Origin: an uncultured Armatimonadetes bacterium | GTDB lineage: Bacteria; Armatimonadota; Hebobacteria; Hebobacterales; Hebobacteraceae | DNA: 64,000 nt | Direction: 5' to 3' | NCBI GenBank assembly: GCA_963716175.1 | Contig: OY970296.1 | Location: 928,001 to 992,000, forward strand | Shown here: positions 45,815-54,582 of the stretch, piece by piece | How positions within the stretch are numbered: position 1 is the stretch's first letter | Layout: each line of letters begins with the position of its first letter | Notes under the pieces: model-generated | Told to the model about the DNA's origin: nothing | Database searches by the model: none | The model's input: only the letters and a program-made list of their open reading frames with translations | Program-made: the position numbers and the translations under genes

Positions 45815-47092
45815 CTAGCTTTGGGCAATCGGATACCTCCCGCACTCCCGCGCCGACTCGAACATCGCCAGCACGTTCTCCACGGGCGTCATTGCCTGGA
45901 TGTTGTGGATGGAGTTGAACACATAGCCGCCGCCCGGCGCCAAGCTTCGCACGCGCTCACCCACCTCCCGCCTCACCTCCTCCGGCGTCCCGAAGGGCAG
46001 CGTCCGCTGCGTATCCACACCTCCGCCCCAGAACACCAACCGGTCCCCGAACTCCTGCTTCAGCCGCGCCGGGTCCATATTGGCGGCCGAGCACTGCACC
46101 GGATTCAGGATGTCCACCCCGGCCTCGATGAAGCTCGGGATGAGGTGGTAGACGGATCCGCAGCAGTGGTAGAACGTCTTCCAGGTGGTGTGCTCGTGTA
46201 CCCAATCGTTCATCCGCCTGTGAAACGGCAAGTACAGCTCCCGGTAGAGATCGGGCGAGATGAACTCTCCGCGCTGCGTGCCGAAATCCGTGCCCGAGAT
46301 GAAGATGGCGACGATGTGGCTCCCCACTGCTTGCCGGTACAGCCCCAGATCCTCGATCGCCTGCTCGGTCTGCCGGGCGAAGATCCCCTTGATGTACTCA
46401 GGATGGGTGAGATGCGCCACCATCCAGTCATCGAAGTTCCGGATTCCCTTGGGCGCCTCCAGTTCCGGCGCCAGCACTCTTGGCAGATCACCCAGCCCAC
46501 CTCCCCCGAACCCTCCGAGAATGGCGAAGTCGGTGTTCCGGTATAGCTCGTCGGCGGTGGCGCGCAGGTGCTCCAGCGCGGCCTCGCCGAGGGGCGTGAA
46601 CTGCTCCGCGAAGTCAGCCGGATGGAGGCGCTCCCAGTCCAGAGGCTGCTGGCGCACAATGATGTCGAAGTAGTGGCCATCCTTGGGCATGCGCCCGCTC
46701 GGCCTCTTGCCGGTGTCACCACCGGGCGAGAGGAGGAGGTCGCCATTCTCATCCACCCGATAGTGGAACTGCCCGGGCACCAACACCTCGGTGCCATCGA
46801 AGGCGCGCCACGGCTTCCAGTCCTGATTGGCAATGCCGAAGGAGCGCACCAGGGGGATCAGGCCCACGACATCACATCCCAGCCGCTCTAGCACCGGGAT
46901 CTCCACCTCGGCCAGCATCTGCAGCAGATCGCTGACCTTGGGCGGATTGCCGCTGATCCCGAGCCTGCTCCTGAGCTTGGCGTAGGTGGTGGCCATGATC
47001 CCGGTCACCACGCTGCTGCCCAGGTCAACTGGCACCCGGTCGGCTTCCTCATGATTGAGCGCCCGGACCACTCGCTCTCTGGAGGTCATCAT
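45815..47092 (-). CDS. uroporphyrinogen decarboxylase-family (methyltransferase-like) protein
   Basis: MTSRERV, DFGTQ, HCCG, NPVQ, FWGGGVDTQ and HNIQ motifs. Confidence 0.9.
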   Translation of the reverse strand: MMTSRERVVRALNHEEADRVPVDLGSSVVTGIMATTYAKLRSRLGISGNPPKVSDLLQMLAEVEIPVLERLGCDVVGLIPLVRSFGIANQDWKPWRAFDGTEVLVPGQFHYRVDENGDLLLSPGGDTGKRPSGRMPKDGHYFDIIVRQQPLDWERLHPADFAEQFTPLGEAALEHLRATADELYRNTDFAILGGFGGGGLGDLPRVLAPELEAPKGIRNFDDWMVAHLTHPEYIKGIFARQTEQAIEDLGLYRQAVGSHIVAIFISGTDFGTQRGEFISPDLYRELYLPFHRRMNDWVHEHTTWKTFYHCCGSVYHLIPSFIEAGVDILNPVQCSAANMDPARLKQEFGDRLVFWGGGVDTQRTLPFGTPEEVRREVGERVRSLAPGGGYVFNSIHNIQAMTPVENVLAMFESARECGRYPIAQS

Positions 47093-47104
47093 CTCTCCTC
47101 GCCG

Positions 47105-48757
47105 CTACGGAGGCGCGCCGCCCCACGCCTTCTCCGCCCACACCTCCATCGCTCGGTACTTGCCCTGCCAGGTGGTGTACATCGCGCCTGCGATTCCGGG
47201 AACCCCCTCCGCACCCTTCACCCAGGCCGCGATCTCAGAGCCATCCTCGTCGGCATCGTAGTAGCCGGCCAGCACCTGCTTCTCCCCGCGGTCGGCGAAG
47301 AACCTGGCATTCTTGCCTCTCAGCTCATGATACCAGTTGACGATCCCGATCCCTGGGTCCAGCTCCTCCCAGGAGCCCTTCAGGCTCCCGTTGACGAGGT
47401 AGTAGTGGTCCACCGCGTTATGCATGGGGTCGAACATATCGTTCCAGACCCAGATCTCGGCATCGGGCCTGATCTCGCGGATGATCTGCGCCGCCCGCCG
47501 TACATTATCGGCCAGCAGTTGCCCCGGCGTCAGGTGGCGGCTCTGGCAGGCCTGGCACCAGTTGACTACCCGCAGCTCGTCATGCTGCATGAAGAAGGCC
47601 GGCGGATGGAACATATCGTTGGCCTGGTTCACCTCATCCCGCCACTCCTCGAAGATCTTCGGCTCGCTCAGGCAGCTCGTCAGCCGCTCGTCGTAGATGA
47701 TGACCGGATGATAGTAGCTCACCCGCAGCCTCTCCCCCTCCTGGATACGCGTGTTCGGCGTAAGCTGGATCACGGGCGGCTCATGGTAGGGCCGCCAGAT
47801 GTCCAGCTTCGGGTCGCGTATGGGCAGATAGTCCCGCCCCTCCTCGTAATCCACCCCGTTCTCGCCGCGCACCGAGACCGGGCAGCCCGCCCGGCGCAGC
47901 ACGTTCACCAGTCCGATCTCCGCCACGCAAAGATCGTCCCACCACAGCCGCCCGCTCTTCCCGCCCCAGATCCCGAAGTAGAGCGTAGCCTCCCGGTGCT
48001 CGAGGCTGTTGAACACGATGTCCTCGCGGGTCCAGTCCTGCGTGGGCTTCATCGGGAAAGTCTCGAAGCTGATCTCGCGGTCCGCGTCCAGGACGAGCAC
48101 CTTGACCTCGGACCTCGCCAGGTCCACGTTCTCTGTCTTCAGCCACACCGAGATATGGTACTGGCGGAAAGGCTGAAGCTGGATGTGCTGCGACAGGCGG
48201 CAGTTGCCGGCCTCATTGCCCTCCGGCATGTTCTCCATCCGCACCGCGGTCTTCCCTCCATGCACCACCTCGTGATCGGCGAAGGTACTCTTGCCAGGGC
48301 CGTCCTGAAACTGCCAGCCCTGGAAGCGATCGCCGATAGCGCGCTCGAAATCCCCGCCCCGCAGCTCCGTGGGGTTGTCCGGCTGGAACGTCGCTGTGCC
48401 ATCGCGGGCCACAAACAGCGCCTCCTTCACCGGCACTCCCTCGGTATAGTTCTGGTCGTGGGCATTGCCCATGACCTTGGGAATAAGGTCCAATCCATAG
48501 AGCTTCGCCGCCTGCTTCAGCGCCTCCACTCTGCCGGGCGCGACATCGTAGGGGATGACGCAGGCATTGTAGCCCGCGGCTTGCGCCCGCGGGAAGAGCG
48601 CGATGACGCGGTCCACCTGCTGTGGCTCGCTCAGATCCTCAGAGACGAACAGCCAGCGGTGAGTGAGCTTCTGCTGGGCAGCATCAGCCCGGCCCAGCAT
48701 CAGCGCTCCTACCATCAAAGCGATCCCTGACCAGCTCAGCCACAGCCACCTTCCCAT
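47105..48757 (-). CDS. exported putative glycoside hydrolase with CBM4/9-like insert
   Basis: Signal peptide; GGDFE..W, Y.ISVW.KT and WWDDL CBM-like motifs; HDE and WNDM TIM-barrel-like motifs. Confidence 0.6.
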   Translation of the reverse strand: MGRWLWLSWSGIALMVGALMLGRADAAQQKLTHRWLFVSEDLSEPQQVDRVIALFPRAQAAGYNACVIPYDVAPGRVEALKQAAKLYGLDLIPKVMGNAHDQNYTEGVPVKEALFVARDGTATFQPDNPTELRGGDFERAIGDRFQGWQFQDGPGKSTFADHEVVHGGKTAVRMENMPEGNEAGNCRLSQHIQLQPFRQYHISVWLKTENVDLARSEVKVLVLDADREISFETFPMKPTQDWTREDIVFNSLEHREATLYFGIWGGKSGRLWWDDLCVAEIGLVNVLRRAGCPVSVRGENGVDYEEGRDYLPIRDPKLDIWRPYHEPPVIQLTPNTRIQEGERLRVSYYHPVIIYDERLTSCLSEPKIFEEWRDEVNQANDMFHPPAFFMQHDELRVVNWCQACQSRHLTPGQLLADNVRRAAQIIREIRPDAEIWVWNDMFDPMHNAVDHYYLVNGSLKGSWEELDPGIGIVNWYHELRGKNARFFADRGEKQVLAGYYDADEDGSEIAAWVKGAEGVPGIAGAMYTTWQGKYRAMEVWAEKAWGGAPP

Positions 48758-48803
48758 CTGCCTCCTCCTCTTCTCTGCGCCCTCTGGGGTGTTGCGTCGT
48801 TCG

Positions 48804-49790
48804 TCAGACCCTGCACGGCCGTCCCGTCTCCGCCGCCTCCCGCGCTCGCAGCGCCACCTCCGTGATCCGCACACAGTCACCAAACGCGATGAATGGCTCT
48901 CGGTTGGTGCGCAGCGCCTCAAGGTAGTCGGGGAAGAAGTCAACCGGGGCCGGCAGAGGAAGCTCGTGTGGCCCCTGTTGGCTGGAGATGAGAGTCACCC
49001 CTCCGGCCATCGCTTCCACCACCCCTCGCTTGCCGGCAATGCGCAGCCGGTCGTCGCCATGCGTCGGCGCAGCCGCCGGCCGGCAGTAGTCCAGCCGGAT
49101 GGCCGCCGAGGCGCCATTGTCCAGACGCGCGACCACGCAGGCATTGTCCTCCAGATCGCCCATCTCCGGATGCCCGACGTTCGAGGCGTAGGCCATCACC
49201 TCGGTAAACTCGCGGCCAGTCGCCCAGCGGATCAGGTCCAGGGAGTGAATGCCGATGAAGGGGATGATGCCGCTGAAGGTCTCCCGGCTTTTCTGCCAGG
49301 CCGGCCGCTCCCCCAGGCGGTAGGACTTCTGCGCGCCGGCCTGGGTCACTTCCCCGATAGCACCATTCGCCACGGCCTGGCGCAGAGCCAGATAGGGCGG
49401 CTCGCACCGCATGGTCAGCAGCATGGTGAGCTTGACCCCGGCCTTCACCACCGCTGCTCGCACTCGCTCCAGGCCTGCCAAGTCTGTGGCCAGAGGCTTC
49501 TCGGCGATGAGATGTATGCCCCGCTCGGCGCATGCGACCAGGATCTCGGCGCGGTCGCGGTCCGTGCCTGCCTCCAGCACGATGTCCGGCTCATGGTTGG
49601 CCAGCAGCTCGCGGTGATCCAGGTAGGCCCGCGTGTCGGGCCTCGCCCCGGGGAGGGCCGGCACTTCCTTCAGCGCCTCCGGGTCGTCATCGGCGACCGC
49701 CACCAGCTCGACCTCAGGCAGCCCGGGCAGCGCCTCCAGCACTATGTACTGATGGCCTTTCAGCCCAATCAGAGCGAGCGCGATGGACAT
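48804..49790 (-). CDS. Gfo/Idh/MocA oxidoreductase
   Basis: AEKPLA, IHSLD and EDNA motifs. Confidence 0.88.
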   Translation of the reverse strand: MSIALALIGLKGHQYIVLEALPGLPEVELVAVADDDPEALKEVPALPGARPDTRAYLDHRELLANHEPDIVLEAGTDRDRAEILVACAERGIHLIAEKPLATDLAGLERVRAAVVKAGVKLTMLLTMRCEPPYLALRQAVANGAIGEVTQAGAQKSYRLGERPAWQKSRETFSGIIPFIGIHSLDLIRWATGREFTEVMAYASNVGHPEMGDLEDNACVVARLDNGASAAIRLDYCRPAAAPTHGDDRLRIAGKRGVVEAMAGGVTLISSQQGPHELPLPAPVDFFPDYLEALRTNREPFIAFGDCVRITEVALRAREAAETGRPCRV

Positions 49791-49792
49791 AC

Positions 49793-50149
49793 TCACCTCC
49801 CCTCGGCCGCTGCCCGCTTGGCGGGCCTGCCCCCCGTAGCTCTGGCGAAGGGGGGCGGCTCCACCTGCACCTGGGTCCGGCGCGGCCGCGCTGGCATCGG
49901 CTTCACGATCTCGACTAGCGCCGCCTCGATCCGGCGCATCGGCTCGGGCAGTGGTATGCACTCCAGCACGATGCGCAACCCGTTCTCGTCGCTGCGCGAG
50001 TCGAAGTGAATGCCGAACACGATCCTCTGCTCCTCCAACACCCGGCCCATCTTGTCCTCAACCTCACGCGCGTAGTGGGCCGGCAGGTAGACGCAGTCGG
50101 TGACGAAATGGGTATGAATCCACACCACCTCGCGCCGCAGGATTCTCAC
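49793..50149 (-). CDS. hypothetical protein (118 aa)
   Basis: AGGAGG SD before GTG; coding-like; C-terminus overlaps a palindromic element. Confidence 0.6.
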   Translation of the reverse strand: MRILRREVVWIHTHFVTDCVYLPAHYAREVEDKMGRVLEEQRIVFGIHFDSRSDENGLRIVLECIPLPEPMRRIEAALVEIVKPMPARPRRTQVQVEPPPFARATGGRPAKRAAAEGR

Positions 50150-50272
50150 ACCAGCCTCCTCACGCGGTGGCCTTCCTCTCTCCCCATTGCTCCACCTTCC
50201 AAGGAAGGCGCTAGCTGACCACGGGTGGAAGCCAAGAGGTTGCCGAAAGTAACGCCATGATGGAGCTGAGGT

Positions 50273-51613
50273 TTGGCTGATCCACCGCAGGCGGACGGAG
50301 GTCGGGCGGGCCTCCCGTGGCCGGGCCAGCGGCGAGTGCTCGTCATCGCCGCCATCGTTTGCCTCCTGACCACCCTGGTGATGGTGCTGAAGCTGCGCGA
50401 CGGCGACCTGAAGGATGCCGAAGTCTGGTACCAGGCCGGCCGCCGTGTGCTCACCGGCCAGAGCCTGGTGGGCCTGCGCAGCTACCGCTATCCCCCTACC
50501 TTCGCGGTGATAATCGCGCCGCTCTGCGCGCTGCCCTTCTCCGCTTACTGCCTGGCCTGGTACGCCATCAACCTCGGCCTGTTCGTGCTCTCCCTGCGCC
50601 TGGCGGCCAGCCTCACCTCCCCGCTTGCGGGCTGGCGCGATCTGCCCCGCTACTGGCTCCCCACGCTGCTGACCGCTCTCTTTGCCATTGACAACCTGTT
50701 CCTGGGCCAGACCAACATCCTGGTGATGACCCTGGTCTACTGGACCCTGCGAGAGGCCGCGCGCAATCGCGAGTGGAGAGCAGGCATCAGCCTGGCCGCC
50801 GCTATCGCGATCAAAGTCTTCCCCGCGCCCCTCATCGCCTATTTCCTCTACCGTCGGAGGCTGCGCCTGGTGGCTGCCTCCCTGCTCACCTGCCTCTTCT
50901 TCCTGGTTCTGCTCCCCGCGCCAGCGCGCGGCTTTCAGCGGAACCTGGACGAGCTGGCGGACTGGGGCCAGCGCGTGGTCATGCCCTATCTCTCCCGCGG
51001 CCAGGCCGGGGACTGGGGCCAGCACGCGCTCGACTTCGGCAACCAATCGCTGCAAGCCCTGGCCCACCGCTATCTCACTCCGGTCAACGCCTATGTGCTG
51101 GCCCGCCGTCCCCGGAGGGACATGTACGTCAACTTCGCCGACCTGACAGCAGGTCAGGCCAACCAGGTCGTGCTCGCGCTGTTCGCCGCCCTGGGCCTCA
51201 GCTTCGTTGCCGCCTGCGGCTGGCGCCGGCCCGCCCGGTTCTGCCAGCAGGCCGCCGAATACTCCATGGTGGTCATCGTCCTGCTGCTGGTCTCCGCGCT
51301 CTCCTGGACCTATTTCTTCGTGATGCTGCTGCTGCCACTGGCCTCCGCTGTCAGCCTGCTCGGCCTGGGTGATAGACTGCGTTCACGATCTCGCTGGGCC
51401 CTGCGCGCCGCCCTCTGGCTCTGGGGCCTGGCCACCGCCCTGGTAGCTATCCCCTACGCCCGCGCCCTGGGCAACCTGATGTGGGCCAGCCTGATCGTCT
51501 ATGCCGCGCTCGCCCTGGCGTGCTGGGATCTGCGCCACGCCCCCGAGCTGAAGGCGGCTCACCCCGTCAGGCCCAGCAGCTTGGCCATAGTCCCGCCGAA
51601 CACCAGCTCCTGA
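50273..51613 (+). CDS. GT87 (DUF2029) membrane glycosyltransferase
   Basis: YRYPP, GQTN, IK.FP, NQS and SW..Y motifs; many TM helices. Confidence 0.85.
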   Translation: MADPPQADGGRAGLPWPGQRRVLVIAAIVCLLTTLVMVLKLRDGDLKDAEVWYQAGRRVLTGQSLVGLRSYRYPPTFAVIIAPLCALPFSAYCLAWYAINLGLFVLSLRLAASLTSPLAGWRDLPRYWLPTLLTALFAIDNLFLGQTNILVMTLVYWTLREAARNREWRAGISLAAAIAIKVFPAPLIAYFLYRRRLRLVAASLLTCLFFLVLLPAPARGFQRNLDELADWGQRVVMPYLSRGQAGDWGQHALDFGNQSLQALAHRYLTPVNAYVLARRPRRDMYVNFADLTAGQANQVVLALFAALGLSFVAACGWRRPARFCQQAAEYSMVVIVLLLVSALSWTYFFVMLLLPLASAVSLLGLGDRLRSRSRWALRAALWLWGLATALVAIPYARALGNLMWASLIVYAALALACWDLRHAPELKAAHPVRPSSLAIVPPNTSS

Positions 51614-52359
51614 AGGTCTGGCCTCACCCCGATCGCGTCCATGGTGCGCTGGAAGTCGTTCATCACATCCTCGATCAGCTCGATCGTCACATCCGACCCG
51701 AACACGATCTTCGCCCAGGCGTGCCGCCCCTCCGGGTCCCGGTACTGGCTGGTCTCCGTCCACCAGAGGAGCTGGCCGAAGAACTGAGGTGGCTTCGCCT
51801 TCAAGCTGGACCCGCTCAGGTCGAAGTAGAGATTCGGGTTCCAGCGGCAGGCCATCGCCGCCTCCTCATACCACGGGTTGCCGAGGTGCGCGCCCACGAT
51901 CTTGAGCGTGGGGAAAGCGCGGGCGATGGTGTCCAGGAAGACCGGGCGGTGGCGGTCGTTGTTCACATCGTACTGCTTGTCCAGCGGAGTGCGAGCCACG
52001 ATCCCCAGGTGAAACAGGCAGACCAGTCCCAGCTCCTCCGCCGCCTCATACACCGGGTAGAAGGCCTTGTCATCATAGCGGGCGGGAGGGCGGATCATCT
52101 TCAGCCCCTTGAAGCCCTGCTGGTGCAGCTCCCGCACCTCCCGGGGGCCCATCTCCCCCAGAGGCACGAAGCCGAAGCCGACGATGACATCGGGGTATCT
52201 CGCCGTCGCCTCCGCCACGCGCTTGTTCCCATCTTTGAAGTCCAGCCACAGCGCGCCGTTCAGGCACACCCGGTCGAATCCCAGCCGCTTCTCCTCCGCC
52301 ACCAGCCGGTCAACAAAGCCTGCCTCGGTACTGTAATGGACATGCGCATCGATCCTCAT
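51559..52359 (-). CDS. amidohydrolase 2 family protein
   Basis: IDAHVH, GLK, FHLG, AHLGNPW and FGSD motifs. Confidence 0.9.
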   Translation of the reverse strand: MRIDAHVHYSTEAGFVDRLVAEEKRLGFDRVCLNGALWLDFKDGNKRVAEATARYPDVIVGFGFVPLGEMGPREVRELHQQGFKGLKMIRPPARYDDKAFYPVYEAAEELGLVCLFHLGIVARTPLDKQYDVNNDRHRPVFLDTIARAFPTLKIVGAHLGNPWYEEAAMACRWNPNLYFDLSGSSLKAKPPQFFGQLLWWTETSQYRDPEGRHAWAKIVFGSDVTIELIEDVMNDFQRTMDAIGVRPDLQELVFGGTMAKLLGLTG

Positions 52360-52512
52360 CGCTTCACCTCCCTTGGCGCTCCAGGAGGTTCTGGTTCCCG
52401 CGCCCTGCCCCTGCCAGGCCGGCGCACCGGTCTCGGTTGCCTATCTGCGCCGATCCGCCAGAGGCGGACAAGTCTGCGTAATCTGCGGATGAGCCGTTTC
52501 CGCCGGCTCTCC

Positions 52513-52542
52513 TTGACACTGCCGCGAAGCCCATGCTAGAAT
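52513..52542 (+). promoter_or_regulatory. sigma70 promoter of the tRNA array, TTGACA-18-TAGAAT with TGn extension
   Basis: Consensus hexamers about 70 nt before tRNA-Glu. Confidence 0.8.
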
Positions 52543-52612
52543 CCCGCCATAGCCGGGCCGAGAGGTGCAGGTCGCCGCCAGCAAGCCATCCCATCCGGGG
52601 ACCGGCGCACGG

Positions 52613-52688
52613 GGCCCCATCGTCCAGAGGCCTAGGACGCCGGCCCTTCAAGCCGGAAACGGGGATTCGAATTCCCCTGGGGCTACCA
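52613..52688 (+). tRNA. tRNA-Glu(TTC)
   Basis: Cloverleaf, anticodon arm CCGGC-cc-TTC-aa-GCCGG, encoded CCA. Confidence 0.95.
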
Positions 52689-52763
52689 GCTACATCGCCA
52701 TCCACCCAGGGCGCGGTCAGGCGTGGGCTTGCTCGTGGCGGCGGGAGTGAAATCGCGAGGGCC

Positions 52764-52838
52764 GGGCGCATGGCTCAGTGGGAGAGCGCCTGCTTCACAC
52801 GCAGGAGGTCGCTGGTTCAAATCCAGCTGCGCCCACCA
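52764..52838 (+). tRNA. tRNA-Val(CAC)
   Basis: Cloverleaf, CCTGC-tt-CAC-ac-GCAGG, encoded CCA. Confidence 0.95.
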
Positions 52839-52872
52839 GCACCCGGCTGCCAGCCGGGGCAAACCCGGGCGC

Positions 52873-52948
52873 GGGCGAATAGCTCAGTTGGTAGAGCGCT
52901 TGCTTTACACGCAAGTGGTCACAGGTTCGAGCCCTGTTTCGCCCACCA
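52873..52948 (+). tRNA. tRNA-Val(TAC)
   Basis: Cloverleaf, CTTGC-tt-TAC-ac-GCAAG, encoded CCA. Confidence 0.95.
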
Positions 52949-52957
52949 GGCAAATCT

Positions 52958-52983
52958 GTAGGGCGGGCATACCCATGCCCGCC
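52958..52983 (+). repeat. REP family A within the tRNA array
   Basis: GTAGGGCGGGCATACCCATGCCCGCC. Confidence 0.9.
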
Positions 52984-52999
52984 GGCCGTATCGTAGCGC

Positions 53000-53076
53000 G
53001 GAGCCGTAGTGCAGTGGTTTAGCACACCGGCCTGTCAAGCCGGAGGTCGCGGGTTCAAATCCCGTCGGCTCCGCCA
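53000..53076 (+). tRNA. tRNA-Asp(GTC)
   Basis: Cloverleaf, CCGGC-ct-GTC-aa-GCCGG, encoded CCA. Confidence 0.95.
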
Positions 53077-53090
53077 CAAGTGAACACCGT

Positions 53091-53230
53091 GCCGGGTTAG
53101 CTCAGGTGGTAGAGCTTACGCCAGACGCTAGCATACCTAACTGAAGACCGACGAACTCGTGCCGGGTTAGCTCAGGTGGTAGAGCTTACGCCAGACGCTA
53201 GCATACCTAACTGAAGACCGACGAACTCGT
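53091..53230 (+). repeat. 2 x 70-bp exact tandem repeat, each unit starting with a 25-nt tRNA 5' fragment
   Basis: GCCGGGTTAGCTCAGGTGGTAGAGC plus 45 nt, at 53091 and 53161. Confidence 0.95.
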
Positions 53231-53306
53231 GCCGGGGTAGCTCAGATGGTAGAGCACTGGACTGAAAATCCGGGTGTCCCCAGTTCGATTCTGGGCCCCG
53301 GCACCA
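53231..53306 (+). tRNA. tRNA-Phe(GAA)
   Basis: Cloverleaf, CTGGA-ct-GAA-aa-TCCGG, encoded CCA. Confidence 0.95.
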
Positions 53307-53346
53307 GTGAGGCGGCGGTTCGCTGCCGAGCGGACGGGAGCTGGAT

Positions 53347-53583
53347 ATGAGGCCACTGCGACACACCATCCATGCCGTGATCCGGCCAGGCGAAGACGGT
53401 GGGTTCGTCGCGGAGTGCCTAGAGATTGCGGTAGTGACCCAAGGCAAGAGCCTCGATGAAACGGTTGCCAACCTCCGGCAGGCGGTGGGGCTGCACCTGG
53501 CAGGAGAGGACCTGGAGGCATTGGGCCTGTCACCCTCGCCGTCCCTTGTGGTGAGCATGGAGATCGAACCGGTCCATGCCTAA
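53347..53583 (+). CDS. hicB: short HicB-family antitoxin
   Basis: GGFVAEC..VTQG..LDE...NL..AV.LHL; no DNA-binding domain. Confidence 0.88.
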   Translation: MRPLRHTIHAVIRPGEDGGFVAECLEIAVVTQGKSLDETVANLRQAVGLHLAGEDLEALGLSPSPSLVVSMEIEPVHA

Positions 53584-53821
53584 GCTCCGGCGCCTCTCGG
53601 GCCGTGAGGCGCTAGCAGTGCTGGGTCGGTTCGGGTTCGAACGGGTGTCGCGGCGGGGGAGCCACGTGAAGCTTGCCAGGGTGGGCCCAGCGGGTGAACG
53701 GCAGGTTCTGACTGTTCCTGATCATGCCACCATGGATCTGGGGACTATCCGCGCTATCTTCCGACAGGCCTCGCGGTTCATCCCTGCAGATCAGTTGCGG
53801 GTGTTCTTCTACGACGACTGA
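53576..53821 (+). CDS. hicA: HicA-family mRNA interferase toxin
   Basis: L...GF, RGSH, TVPDH and GT.RAI.RQA motifs; overlaps hicB. Confidence 0.9.
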   Translation: MPKLRRLSGREALAVLGRFGFERVSRRGSHVKLARVGPAGERQVLTVPDHATMDLGTIRAIFRQASRFIPADQLRVFFYDD

Positions 53822-53874
53822 GCCCGAAGAGGGCCTGAGCTAGACGAGCGGTCGCGAGAGCGAACCCTGGTTTG

Positions 53875-53902
53875 CCCAGTTCGACTCTGGGACCCGGCAC
53901 CA
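53875..53902 (+). repeat. tRNA 3' fragment (T arm, acceptor strand and CCA), att-like
   Basis: CCCAGTTCGACTCTGGGACCCGGCACCA; 26/28 identical to the tRNA-Phe 3' end. Confidence 0.9.
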
Positions 53903-53951
53903 GCGACAGAGAGGCGACGGCCGTCCGGTCGTCGCCCCTATCTCCTCTTCC

Positions 53952-54449
53952 CTACGCGATGGCGGAGAACTTGCTCTTCGGCGACTGGCAGATGGGACAC
54001 TTGTCGGGCGCTTCCCCGATCACGGTGTTGCCGCACACCCCGCACACCATGATGGGCGCCGCCAGCATGTCCTTGCCCGAGTTCAGCGCCGCCAGCGCCT
54101 CCGTGTAGAGCCGGTGGTGGATCTTCTCCACCGCCAGCGCGTTCTCGAATGACATCACCGCCGCTTTGTTCCCCTCCGCCTTCGCCTCGGCCACGAACCC
54201 CGGGTACATCTCGGTGAACTCGTAGGACTCACCGCCCATCGCCGCCTTCAGATTCTCGGCCGTCCCCTTCAGGCCCAGCACCTCGAAATGCGCCTGCGCG
54301 TGCACCCGCTCTGCCTGGGCTGCAGCCCGGAACAGTTTCGCGATCTGGGGATATCCCTCCGCCTCCGCCTTCTTGCCAAAGGCCAGATAGGTCTGATGAG
54401 CCTTGCTCTCGCCCGCGAACGCAGTCTGCAAGTTGTCACCGGTTGCCAT
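53952..54449 (-). CDS. rbr: rubrerythrin
   Basis: AFAGES, E..HA, MYP and EK.H motifs; C-terminal CxxC...CPxC. Confidence 0.95.
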   Translation of the reverse strand: MATGDNLQTAFAGESKAHQTYLAFGKKAEAEGYPQIAKLFRAAAQAERVHAQAHFEVLGLKGTAENLKAAMGGESYEFTEMYPGFVAEAKAEGNKAAVMSFENALAVEKIHHRLYTEALAALNSGKDMLAAPIMVCGVCGNTVIGEAPDKCPICQSPKSKFSAIA

Positions 54450-54582
54450 TACCAACTCTCCTTCACCATCAGGTGTAGTTCAGCACCACCGTCGCGCACG
54501 GCCTTCGCCGCCTGATCGCCTCCACCTATCCCTCTGCACAGCCATCGCTGCGACCTTGCCCGCGATTCGCGCCAAGGAGCTG

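Noticed and set aside
51559-51613. 55-bp convergent overlap of the GT87 and amidohydrolase genes as a regulatory device
   Set aside because: Short 3' overlaps are common and the GT87 tail is low-information
53091-53255. CRISPR array (three similar 25-nt repeats with 45-nt spacers)
   Set aside because: Spacers are identical, the repeat is a tRNA 5' end, and there are no cas genes in the window
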